A stretch of 64,000 nt of DNA from a virus: the IMG/VR virus record IMGVR_UViG_3300043493_000021, positions 79 to 64,078 of that record. One strand, written 5' to 3'. Numbering within the stretch: position 1 is the stretch's first letter; each line of letters opens with the position of its first letter. A model generated the notes under the pieces. It saw only the letters and a list, made by a program, of their open reading frames with translations. It was not told the origin of the DNA and made no database searches. Below, piece by piece: positions 27,549-36,040 of this stretch. Both the position numbers and the translations under genes were made by a program.

Positions 27549-28457
27549 TTAGTTCGTTGGGTAGGCTCCGAACCCGCACCGCCAGTCGTCCCAACCGATG
27601 TAATACCGTTCCGTCCCTTTAACCATGAGGTTATTGGTCGAGAAATCGGTCTGGATTTCGGTCCGGAATGGCTTGCGGTCAAGGCAAATGAGCCCCCCTG
27701 AGTCGGAGAGCACGAACCAGGCATATGGCGACGTCAGGAAGTCCATCACCACGTAGCCGTCGCGGAGATCGTCGTTCTCCTTGACCGACCATGTGTCGTT
27801 ATTCGTGGTTCCGGGGCGGAGTTCGGTCTCCATGAGGCGTTTGGCGACGTGGCGAAGCTCGACCGGGACCACCAGCTTCTTGCCCTGGCTCCCGTAGAGC
27901 AATCCGGCTTCGTCGCGGAAGCGGCGAATCATGTTGTTAGCCAGGATCAGCGAGTTTTCGTTCAGCCCGACCTGATTGGTCGGCGTGTTGGGCACCTGGT
28001 AGCCGTCAACGGGGTGGTTCGTAGCGAAGAGGGGGAGGTTATCGCCGCCGATGGTGGCGTTCAGCACGTTGCCCGTGTTGAGAGGAGCCGCCCCGTTGAT
28101 CTCTTTCATCTGGCGGAACGATCTGGCGAGCCCGAGGTTCGCCGCGTCGAACGCTGACTTGTAGAGGTTGTCGTCGAGCGCTTCCTCGGTGAACGCATAG
28201 CCGAGGGAGAAGACGACGTGGAGATGATTCCAGGTAAACCGTTGCCCGGCGAGGTTATCGAACTGGGTCGGCGTGCCCGCGAGCTTCAGTTGCGGCAAGG
28301 GCAAATACCGCACATGGACCGTGCGCTCGGCCTCCATGTTCGACGGGCCCTTCGCGTAGATCTTGGTCCACTGGGTATCCATCTCGCGATAGAGACCCTT
28401 GATCTTGCGGACGCCTGGGAGGAGCAACGCGGGGATTTGCGAGGTTGTGATTGCCAT
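27549..28457 (-). CDS. Major capsid protein (Mu gpT-like family)
   Basis: LLLPG...S.MEAE...G.P.QFD...GYAFTEEALDDNLY...LARSF..MKE..GA..LN.G...GGDNLPLF...HP...KLVVP.EL...A.RLM, a gpT-like HK97-fold pattern. Confidence 0.85.
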   Translation of the reverse strand: MAITTSQIPALLLPGVRKIKGLYREMDTQWTKIYAKGPSNMEAERTVHVRYLPLPQLKLAGTPTQFDNLAGQRFTWNHLHVVFSLGYAFTEEALDDNLYKSAFDAANLGLARSFRQMKEINGAAPLNTGNVLNATIGGDNLPLFATNHPVDGYQVPNTPTNQVGLNENSLILANNMIRRFRDEAGLLYGSQGKKLVVPVELRHVAKRLMETELRPGTTNNDTWSVKENDDLRDGYVVMDFLTSPYAWFVLSDSGGLICLDRKPFRTEIQTDFSTNNLMVKGTERYYIGWDDWRCGFGAYPTN

Positions 28458-28460
28458 GGT

Positions 28461-29081
28461 TCAGATCCCCAGTCCCTGAAGGTTTTCCACGAGGGATGGA
28501 TTGATCCTCACCAGGATCCACGGATTGGTGTTCGTCGGGTCTTGCGGCCCGCCCGCGACGCCAGCCAACCCGACAATGCGGAGCGGAAGCGCCGCCGTCG
28601 TGTTGATCGAGGCCCCATCGAGCAAAAGCGACGAGAGACCGGCGGCGCTCGGCACCCCGTTCGTCCCCGTCACCCAGTTGATGTTCTGGCCCCTCCAGGT
28701 TTCGGCCCATGGACCGCCCTGAACCTGAGCCCGGTAGGTCGTGAACGGGTCATCGATCACCGCGCACGGGATATCCACCCCAGCGGGCGGCGCGGCACCG
28801 GCCTTATAGGCCCCGTTCTGGCCGTGCATCGTTTGCTGGAAATTGATATCGTAATAAGGATAAACCCCGGCGAATACTCCGAGATATGAAGTATCGTTCA
28901 AGGCGGCGATAATCACCTCACCCTGATTGACACCGGCACCTCCGGTTCGCACCAGATCGCCGATGGCGATATTCCCGGTATATCCATTTTTGATTTTATA
29001 GGCCGATAACCCGTAGGTGGGTGCCCCGACCATTTGGTTGGAGCGGATCAGGCCAAGTGGCGAGATGGAATTGAGCGCCAT
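28461..29081 (-). CDS. Capsid decoration/cement-like protein
   Basis: PLGL...NIAIGDLV...GVFAG..Y...VIDDP...Y..Q...LPLRIVG...TN...V.IN, a conserved gene type upstream of the MCP. Confidence 0.6.
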   Translation of the reverse strand: MALNSISPLGLIRSNQMVGAPTYGLSAYKIKNGYTGNIAIGDLVRTGGAGVNQGEVIIAALNDTSYLGVFAGVYPYYDINFQQTMHGQNGAYKAGAAPPAGVDIPCAVIDDPFTTYRAQVQGGPWAETWRGQNINWVTGTNGVPSAAGLSSLLLDGASINTTAALPLRIVGLAGVAGGPQDPTNTNPWILVRINPSLVENLQGLGI

Positions 29082-29106
29082 GGATGGGGCTTCCGTCCCG
29101 GAGATG

Positions 29107-29165
29107 CTTGGCCCCGGAGCGGGACGGCATACCCTGTGAATGAAAACCCCGGCCCGGCGCGGGCC
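29107..29165 (-). promoter_or_regulatory. Conserved structured leader element, copy B
   Basis: Minus strand: GGCCC-GCGCC-GGGCC hairpin, 23-nt spacer, then CCGTCCCGCTCCGGGGCCAAG and CGGGACGG (closing an 8-bp stem). ATG 29081 lies 26 nt after the core. Confidence 0.6.
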
Positions 29166-29179
29166 TTGGCGTTAGTGCC

Positions 29180-29211
29180 CAGCGTTGGAGTATTTACAAG
29201 AAAGTGTCAAG
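29180..29211 (-). promoter_or_regulatory. Possible promoter for the capsid operon
   Basis: CTTGACA followed by AT-rich CTTTCTTGTAAATAC in an intergenic gap. No convincing -10 at 17-bp spacing. Confidence 0.3.
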
Positions 29212-29215
29212 CGTC

Positions 29216-29911
29216 TTACCCGGCGAGACCCTCGATTTCGACGCTGATCGGGATGGACCTGACGCCGCGACCGTTGGGAATACCCTCTTCTCCGCGCGTC
29301 GCGGACTTTCCCGACGCCGCCGCCATCGTCTTATCCCGTTGTTGCTGATACGCCGCCGCGAGATCCTCTTGCCGTGCTTCGTGGGTCAGCCGCATCGGCC
29401 TTCCATATAGTCTTTGGCCGCGCCGCTCGATCGGGGCGTCTGGCGATGTGCCGGGCTCCACGAGATCCGGCCAGTCGACCGCCTTCTCGGGACGCCATCC
29501 GGCATTACGGATCTCCAGCATCTCACCAGGATCCACCGGTTCGTTGTAAACCCGGATGGTTTTATATTCGTAATCCCAGCCCGGTTTGCGCTGATGTTTC
29601 GGGAGATCAGCCCATCCCGAATCGCGCTCATCGCGCCGCACACGGGTAATGACCTCTTCCGCCCGTTCCTCTCTCGCCGCTCGCGCGGGCTCCGCCGGTC
29701 CTGGATTGCTCCCGACCCCGGCCTTTGCCGCGTCTTTCGCCGTGCGCCGCTCGGCCATGGTCGCCTGGAACTTGGCGCGTCCCTTGGCCAGGTTCTCCAT
29801 GCGCTGGTCGTAGCGCGCTTGCTCGTCGGGGGTCCGCTCCGGAGCCGCCGCTTGCTCGACCTCGGCCAAGGTTTCCGGCGTGATCTTGAATGTGGTCTCG
29901 CTCACCGTCAT
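29216..29911 (-). CDS. Conserved phage head-module protein
   Basis: PGWDYEYK...GWRPEKA..WP.L...IERRGQRLYGRP; RBS AAGGGG. Confidence 0.6.
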   Translation of the reverse strand: MTVSETTFKITPETLAEVEQAAAPERTPDEQARYDQRMENLAKGRAKFQATMAERRTAKDAAKAGVGSNPGPAEPARAAREERAEEVITRVRRDERDSGWADLPKHQRKPGWDYEYKTIRVYNEPVDPGEMLEIRNAGWRPEKAVDWPDLVEPGTSPDAPIERRGQRLYGRPMRLTHEARQEDLAAAYQQQRDKTMAAASGKSATRGEEGIPNGRGVRSIPISVEIEGLAG

Positions 29912-29916
29912 TCCCC

Positions 29917-30939
29917 TTAGTTAAAGGCCCGACCATCGCCACGGACGATGTCGCCATTGCCGCCATCGGCTTGCTCCTGAGCGATGATCACATGCTCGTT
30001 CGCATACTCGGCCAGCGCCCGTTTGAAGTCTTCCGGCGATCGCGATGCCCGCTTATCGAGAAGCGCTCCTTCCTCGAAATCGGCCTGGGTCTTGGCGTTC
30101 GGGAACCGAATACCCCTGGTTCCGTCGGACCGCTCCTGAACCAAAAGGTCGCCCAGTTCGGTTTTGACCGTCTTCCATCCAGATCCGCCTCCACCACCGC
30201 GAGACGGCGGGACCGAGGTGGGCCGTTTCGCTGGGGCCATGGGCCGCGCTCCTTGCTGATTGTCCTCGACCTGGCCGTGTCCTTCGCCGAACTCTCGCGT
30301 CATGATCTGGTCGATGTAATCGACGTATGACCGGCTTCCCTCGGGATGACCTTCCCTCAGAGCCTCGTTGTGCGCGTCGGTCGCGACACCCCGGTAGACC
30401 CGATCGGTGTTGAAACGAGGATGGTCATCAAGCCATTGCTGGGCCTCGGATGTGCGACCGGTTCTCTGGGGTTGCGCCGACGGCCTCGGTTGGGCCCTCA
30501 GATACTCAAGCTCCCCAGCGGCCTGGGCCATCCGATAGGTCGCACCCTGGAAACTCTCCTGAGCCGCCAGTTCCGCGTCGACGTCGCCCATTTCCCGGGC
30601 TGATCGAATGGCCAGCTTCGCCGCCGCTTGCTCGGATTTGGCTCCTTCCAGAGCCTGAGCCACGACGGTCTGGCGATCGTTGACCCGGCCTTCCTGGGCC
30701 TGGACGACCTGAGCTTCCGCCGCCTGACGGCGCTGATCGGCCTCGCGCGCCGCGCGCCGCGCTTCCGCGACCTGACGATCCTTCGCCTGAAGTTGCTCAT
30801 GGGCGTCGGCGACGGCGATTTCCGGGGAGACGACCTCCGCCTCGACCTGGACCTCGGGGGCCTCCCGCTCGCGCCGGTTCCTCGGTTGGCGGACGTAGGT
30901 GTCGCCGTTATCCGCCGTTATGGTGACGGTATCACTCAT
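29917..30939 (-). CDS. Capsid scaffolding protein
   Basis: Ala/Glu/Gln coiled coil, WLDDHPRFN.D, S..Y.DYID. Position between portal and MCP. Confidence 0.65.
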   Translation of the reverse strand: MSDTVTITADNGDTYVRQPRNRREREAPEVQVEAEVVSPEIAVADAHEQLQAKDRQVAEARRAAREADQRRQAAEAQVVQAQEGRVNDRQTVVAQALEGAKSEQAAAKLAIRSAREMGDVDAELAAQESFQGATYRMAQAAGELEYLRAQPRPSAQPQRTGRTSEAQQWLDDHPRFNTDRVYRGVATDAHNEALREGHPEGSRSYVDYIDQIMTREFGEGHGQVEDNQQGARPMAPAKRPTSVPPSRGGGGGSGWKTVKTELGDLLVQERSDGTRGIRFPNAKTQADFEEGALLDKRASRSPEDFKRALAEYANEHVIIAQEQADGGNGDIVRGDGRAFN

Positions 30940-31199
30940 GGTCCCCCCTCATTATATAATGTGATGATCCGCTCCAGCGCCTGGCACCGGATCTTGCTCT
31001 CGTAATCGCTCTCCGCCAGCACGCCGCGCTTCCCAGGATCCCGAAGCCGTTTGATCTCGGCTTTCGCGTAGACCAGAAGATCCGGATCGCCGTCGAGGAG
31101 TTGCCTTATGTTGTTGTAAGGCGGGACCGCCGGGACGTTCGAGTTCATGGCGTTGTAGATCGCCACGATCGCGGGCTGGATCCGCTCCGATGGGGTCAT
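30936..31199 (-). CDS. Hypothetical protein
   Basis: 87 aa, coupled overlaps with both neighbours. Confidence 0.55.
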   Translation of the reverse strand: MTPSERIQPAIVAIYNAMNSNVPAVPPYNNIRQLLDGDPDLLVYAKAEIKRLRDPGKRGVLAESDYESKIRCQALERIITLYNEGGP

Positions 31200-31693
31200 A
31201 CGACCGACGTCGGTCGCGGGATCCGGCCCAGAAATCCGTCATCCATGACGATGCGAACCTGCCACCCGTCCCCGGGATACATATCGTGCGTCTCGCCGTG
31301 CCGGTCCTCGTATTTGACCCGCTCTGAGCCGTCGCCCTGGAAGGAGAACTGGATCCCGGTGTTGGCGTTTTGAAAGAGCCAGTCGCCCGGCTTCGGCGGC
31401 GGCTGATCGCCATACATCGACTCTATATAAGAGTCGTCGCCGCTGAAGGCCGACGGACCGGCCCGGATGACGAGCACCACCTTGCCCTCATACCAGTCGG
31501 CTTCTTGCTTCTTCGCGGTGAAACTCAGCCCCGTGCGCTTGTTTTCCGCCGGTCGCACATAGACCGCGACGAGCACCTGACGCCCGAAAACCTCCAGGTT
31601 GTCGATGCTCCCGAGTTGGCGATGGATGTGGTCCTTCGCGATCTCGTAATCTTCGTGGCCCCACCCGTGGAGCGCGCTCGCGACATCAGCCAT
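31196..31693 (-). CDS. groES: GroES-like co-chaperonin
   Basis: LEVFGRQVLVAV...KRTGLSF...EGKVVLVIRAGPSAF...PKPGDWL...RIVMDDGFLG follows the Cpn10 pattern. Confidence 0.65.
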   Translation of the reverse strand: MADVASALHGWGHEDYEIAKDHIHRQLGSIDNLEVFGRQVLVAVYVRPAENKRTGLSFTAKKQEADWYEGKVVLVIRAGPSAFSGDDSYIESMYGDQPPPKPGDWLFQNANTGIQFSFQGDGSERVKYEDRHGETHDMYPGDGWQVRIVMDDGFLGRIPRPTSVV

Positions 31694-31880
31694 ATCCGTC
31701 CATTCCCTTGTAGGCTTCGTCCTGAAGCTCCATCGCCCGCCTCAAACCGGCGACGTAGCCCTGATTGTATCGAACCCGGTCCAGAGTGCCGTCGATCTGG
31801 CCGATCAGTTCCTCGACATACATCTCCGCCTCTTTATTCACCTTCTCATGGGTGAACGCTCGAAGCGCCTCGGCTGACAT
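31686..31880 (-). CDS. Small conserved phage protein
   Basis: ATG 31880: MSAEALRAF...DRVRYNQGYVAGLRRAME; the Y...G...GL..A pattern is common upstream of phage GroES. Confidence 0.55.
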   Translation of the reverse strand: MSAEALRAFTHEKVNKEAEMYVEELIGQIDGTLDRVRYNQGYVAGLRRAMELQDEAYKGMDGYG

Positions 31881-32116
31881 TACTTCTTCTTGTCGTCGTG
31901 CTTCGTGTCGTGCGGCTCTTCCTTCTTCGCGGCCACGGGCGCGGGCTTTTTGTAGCCGTGCGCCTTCAGCGCGGCGTCTTCGACTTCCTCGGCGTCCTTG
32001 CCCTTCGGGTAATAGACGCCGTGTTTGTCGCCATCGTGGACGTCGACGATCCAGCCGTGCTCGGCATCGCCGCTCACCGTGACAACCGGGGGTGCCGCTT
32101 CCTGGGTCTCGCTCAT
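31880..32116 (-). CDS. Hypothetical protein
   Basis: 78 aa, RBS GAGGAG, coupled. Confidence 0.55.
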   Translation of the reverse strand: MSETQEAAPPVVTVSGDAEHGWIVDVHDGDKHGVYYPKGKDAEEVEDAALKAHGYKKPAPVAAKKEEPHDTKHDDKKK

Positions 32117-32119
32117 GGT

Positions 32120-32359
32120 CTACTCCTCTGCGAAAATGCTGTGGGCCATCTTTGGCCGACGGATCTGGATCTTCTTGTCCCCCGGCCAGACCGCCTGGCC
32201 GGTGGCGATCTGGATCGAAACCAACGCCGCCATCCGAAGCTGAGGCTCCGCGATCGTGCTCATGATCACCGGATCCCCGGCGGTATCGACGAGCCCATGC
32301 GTCGCGTCGACGATCTGGGCCATCAGCGACCGCATCAGGTATTCCGGGATCACGATCAC
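32120..32359 (-). CDS. Hypothetical protein
   Basis: 79 aa, stop/start overlap with the upstream gene. Confidence 0.5.
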   Translation of the reverse strand: MIVIPEYLMRSLMAQIVDATHGLVDTAGDPVIMSTIAEPQLRMAALVSIQIATGQAVWPGDKKIQIRRPKMAHSIFAEE

Positions 32360-33003
32360 TAGACGGCACCGCCAACGAACCGGCCCATCGCGTCGCGCAT
32401 CGCGCCACCAGCGGCCATCGGCGGTCGCATCGGCGGACCTCCCGGTGGCATTCCAGGCGGACCCATCGGAGCCCTCAATCCGGGAGGAAGCGGACCGCCC
32501 GGACCTCCGGGAGGCAATCCGGGTGGACCACCCGGCGGCATTCCCGGAGGTGGACCGCCTGGACCCGCGCCCGGAGGCGGTCCGGGCGGAGGCATCGGCG
32601 GTTTCGGCGGCGGCATCGGCGGCGGACCACCGGCACCCGGCGCACCACCGGGCGGACCACCGTGCGCGATGACGATGTTCACCTTCCCAATCCCGGGCTT
32701 GCCCTTCACTTTGCCGCCCTTCGCCAGCGCCTGAGTGTCGTCGATCCCGCCGCCAGCGGCGCGCGACTTCCGACCGGGGCTGAACGGCGGGGCCATGCCC
32801 TTCACCGCACCGCCGCCCTTCGCTTTGATTCGAGCGTGACCAAGCTCTTCCTTGATCAGCTTTTTGTCTTCCGCCTCGTCCGAGTGAACCGCCCCGCCAT
32901 CCTTCTTAATGGCACCGCCAGCGGCGTATCCGGCCTCACGCAAATCCCGTTTTCCGCGCTCTTGCGGGGTCATGCAGTTATCCACGGATGATCCTCCATA
33001 CAC
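32359..33003 (-). CDS. Low-complexity Pro/Gly-rich protein with seven x-x-G-G motifs
   Basis: YAAGGAI, KKDGGAV, KAKGGGAV, RAAGGGI, LAKGGKV, MAAGGAM, RFVGGAV. The true start may be ATG ~32973. Confidence 0.6.
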   Translation of the reverse strand: MYGGSSVDNCMTPQERGKRDLREAGYAAGGAIKKDGGAVHSDEAEDKKLIKEELGHARIKAKGGGAVKGMAPPFSPGRKSRAAGGGIDDTQALAKGGKVKGKPGIGKVNIVIAHGGPPGGAPGAGGPPPMPPPKPPMPPPGPPPGAGPGGPPPGMPPGGPPGLPPGGPGGPLPPGLRAPMGPPGMPPGGPPMRPPMAAGGAMRDAMGRFVGGAV

Positions 33004-33132
33004 GCGCCACCTTGCGCCACCAGGACGAGACTGGCCGATCTACGCTCTTTTTTGGGAAATACACAATCTTGTCCGGAATATCCTGGGGCGGGATCTTGTC
33101 TCGGTCGGGCCATCTCGGAAGACGGCTCTGGA

Positions 33133-33396
33133 TCACGCGCTTCCCTCGGCCTCCGTGCGATCCATCTTCTCCAGATCGATCGCCGCCCCAAAAGCCTTCC
33201 GCACATAGTCTCCACACCATTCGGTGTCGGGAACCTCGGGCCAGTAAGTATTGATCACCGGGAAAGGATCATTCGTCACCCGGTTCTTGGCGATCGTGAT
33301 CATCATCGGCACCGGTGGTCGAGCCCGGCAAACGCCTTGCGGATGACCCACGCTGATCCGCCGAAAGTAGCGGCACGAGCCGCATTCCTCACTCAT
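33133..33396 (-). CDS. Cys-rich small phage protein
   Basis: Start ATG 33396 (ATGA overlap): CGSCRYF...GVCRARPP...WPEV...WCGDY. Confidence 0.6.
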   Translation of the reverse strand: MSEECGSCRYFRRISVGHPQGVCRARPPVPMMITIAKNRVTNDPFPVINTYWPEVPDTEWCGDYVRKAFGAAIDLEKMDRTEAEGSA

Positions 33397-33614
33397 CCGA
33401 GATACCTCCTCCGCCGAGGCTTCACCCGAAAACCAGGAAACGGATCTTGCCACTCCCGAGCACGCCGCTCCGGGGGAAGCCGGTCGAACTGAGACATCCG
33501 AGTAACCGCCCGTTCGACCGCGCCAGCGTAGCCGTCGCGCGAAAAGTCATCGACGAACGGCGGAGCATCCGGCGGCAAAGGCTCGGGATCGGTGAAGATC
33601 GGCCTACTCATCAC
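33393..33614 (-). CDS. Hypothetical protein
   Basis: 73 aa, coupled between the portal and the Cys-rich gene. Confidence 0.45.
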   Translation of the reverse strand: MMSRPIFTDPEPLPPDAPPFVDDFSRDGYAGAVERAVTRMSQFDRLPPERRAREWQDPFPGFRVKPRRRRYLG

Positions 33615-36030
33615 CCTTGTCCGACATCAAACCCGCCGATAGCTTTTGCCCCTCGATCCCGGCCTGATGCGACCGGTCCTGAGCCTTCTGGTCCGCCTCG
33701 TGTTGCTGGTTGGCCTGGCCCTGGGCCCAGTCATGCTGACGATCCTGATCGCTTTGCGTCCGCTCATGCTGACGATCAGCCTCGTTTTGCCACGACTCGT
33801 GGGCATGATCCGCCGCCTTCATGCCCGCGTCATGCCCGGCTTTCAGCCGCATTCCCGCCAGTTGCATCGCGGCCCGCGTGTCCTCGCTCATCCGATCAGC
33901 CTCGGCCTGAGCCGCCTTCGCCTGGATCTCCGTCAGCTTGCCCTGATGGTCGAGCGCCTTCTCCTGCAAATGACCCTGGGTCTTCGCCTGATCCGCCTCG
34001 GCTTTGATCTGAGCGGCCTGAACCTTCGGATCCGGCGGTGGCGGAGCCTCATCCGGAGGCTGAGGCGGCATCATGAACTCTTCGGCATCCCCACCCGAGA
34101 GCACTTCAGCGGCACGGCGGAAGATCGCCCGCTGATTGACGATCGGGCCCTCTTTGTCGCCCAGCCCAAACTGAGGAAGCCCGCCCAGCATCACCAAACC
34201 CTGGATCTTCGTCAGCCGGTGGATCTGGGACGGCGTGTTCGGATCGGCCCGTGGAATGAGATCCGGAGCCAGCAACTCCTTCTTGATTTGCCATTTGCGA
34301 GCGGGGGCCTTGTTCCCGCGCGTCAAAACGTCCGGCTCCTCGGCGATCAGTTCACGGAGGAGTTCAAATTCTTGCTGCTGGGCGATATGGTCGTCCTTAT
34401 GCACCGCGCCAGGAACCTGGGAGATCGCCTCGATGTAACTCATGATCGTGCCGACGGGCGTGTTCCCCAACCGGCCCTCACCGACGGGTAGCTCGACCAC
34501 TCCGGCTATCCGGCGGACGTCGCCCTCCAGTTTCGTGAGCATCGCCATCGATGACGCCGACGGCTCTTTGTATGGCCACGACATCAAATTGTCGGACAAC
34601 TTCGACTGACCCGTCGTCGGGATCTTCACCACCTCCCCGACACCCGGTCGCATGATCGGGTTCTCCAGCCGAGAAGCGGCTGACTGAGACATCGCCCAGG
34701 CCGGGAAATTGGCGAACAACCCAGCATCCACCACCGATCTCTGGATCATCGTCGCGGCCTGAGTCGGATTGCCGACGATGTGAATGAGACCCATATCGTA
34801 GAAGCCAAACCCAGGAATGAAGCCGTATTTCACGAACCTCGGACGGATCCGATGGTCCGTGTCGCCCTTCTTCCAGTTCCGCCGAATAGCCAAAATCTGG
34901 CGGCTATCGACGTCGATGCTCACCCGATAAGGCAACGGATACCCGGGCTCCTCGCCCGTTTCATCCTGATCCAGCAAAGCCAGCGATCCGATCAGGTCAT
35001 GCGCCGTCCCCGAACCGAGTTCGCAACAACTCTCGTAGACCGTGTGGTCGAAATCCCGAGGCAACATCGGTTGCGGCGTCGTCCCCTGGGTCTCACCAAT
35101 CACCAGTTCCGTATTGGAAGTAATGCCCGTGGGATGGGACAACGGCATGTCCAGATAGTGCCCCATCACCTGCAACCGACGCATCGTCGACTGAGACACC
35201 TTCGCCCGCTTCGTCACCCGCCCCGCCGCTTCCAAATGCGACGGATCGCCCTGGACAATCAGATCCTGAGCCATCACCCAGCGAGAGATCGGCTTCCTTT
35301 CCAGCGGACACCGAAACACCTCCTTGAACGCGATGCCGATGATCGCCCGGTGGAACAACATCTTCGACGTGTCGGGGTAATATCCGCGATCACCCTTCGT
35401 CAGATACCAGTTCATGTCCCGCTCAAGCGCGTCCGCGAGATCATCGCCCGCCGCATCCGTCTCCGTCTGAGGAGCCTGACCCGGCTCGCTATCGGACGTA
35501 ATCCCCTGGGAAACCGCCACTTGTGGCGTGCCTCCGCCGACCTGATCGCCAACCGCCTTCGGCGTCGAGATCCGTTCCACTTTCACCGGCCCGGCCACCG
35601 GCAACATCTCCGCCCGCGCCGTGCCCCACAACTTCATCGCCGTCTCTAAAAGCGCCGTCACCACACCCTGAGATACCGTCCCATCCGATTGCGGAGACGA
35701 CACCGGATCGTTCAGCTTAATCCCGAGATAATTCGCCGCCTGGTTAGCCGTCTCCTCCCATTGTTGGCGACCACCCTCATCGCTCTCGATCCCCTCCAGG
35801 AGATACGAAGCCAGCGACGCAAGGTCCATTTCATCCAGGTCTTCCGCCAGATTGCGGTCGAAGTCGTCGCTCCCAAACTTAAATTCTTCCTCGACCTCAT
35901 CGCCCGTCCCGATCTCAATGGAAATCAGCCCGTCATCCCCGATCGATACCGACACCGCCCCGTCGGGCTTCGGATCCTCCACGATCTCGACCGGAGGACG
36001 GCGGTCTCGCATCAGTGGGATGACGGCCAT
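33604..36030 (-). CDS. Portal protein
   Basis: 808 aa directly after terL: FDRNLAE.LD...IESDEG.R..W..., PVKVE, MNWYL, RFVKY.FIPG.GFY..GL.H, D.G...N.PA, G......GE, with a C-terminal coiled coil. Confidence 0.85.
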   Translation of the reverse strand: MAVIPLMRDRRPPVEIVEDPKPDGAVSVSIGDDGLISIEIGTGDEVEEEFKFGSDDFDRNLAEDLDEMDLASLASYLLEGIESDEGGRQQWEETANQAANYLGIKLNDPVSSPQSDGTVSQGVVTALLETAMKLWGTARAEMLPVAGPVKVERISTPKAVGDQVGGGTPQVAVSQGITSDSEPGQAPQTETDAAGDDLADALERDMNWYLTKGDRGYYPDTSKMLFHRAIIGIAFKEVFRCPLERKPISRWVMAQDLIVQGDPSHLEAAGRVTKRAKVSQSTMRRLQVMGHYLDMPLSHPTGITSNTELVIGETQGTTPQPMLPRDFDHTVYESCCELGSGTAHDLIGSLALLDQDETGEEPGYPLPYRVSIDVDSRQILAIRRNWKKGDTDHRIRPRFVKYGFIPGFGFYDMGLIHIVGNPTQAATMIQRSVVDAGLFANFPAWAMSQSAASRLENPIMRPGVGEVVKIPTTGQSKLSDNLMSWPYKEPSASSMAMLTKLEGDVRRIAGVVELPVGEGRLGNTPVGTIMSYIEAISQVPGAVHKDDHIAQQQEFELLRELIAEEPDVLTRGNKAPARKWQIKKELLAPDLIPRADPNTPSQIHRLTKIQGLVMLGGLPQFGLGDKEGPIVNQRAIFRRAAEVLSGGDAEEFMMPPQPPDEAPPPPDPKVQAAQIKAEADQAKTQGHLQEKALDHQGKLTEIQAKAAQAEADRMSEDTRAAMQLAGMRLKAGHDAGMKAADHAHESWQNEADRQHERTQSDQDRQHDWAQGQANQQHEADQKAQDRSHQAGIEGQKLSAGLMSDKGDE

Positions 36031-36040
36031 CCAGCAACTC

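Noticed and set aside
3798-27701. Long opposite-strand ORFs (e.g. 3798-5348, 9312-10748, 11527-13131, 21142-22776, 25869-27701)
   Set aside because: Shadow ORFs typical of high-GC DNA; they overlap well-supported minus-strand genes, are Arg/Gly/Pro-rich and lack motifs.
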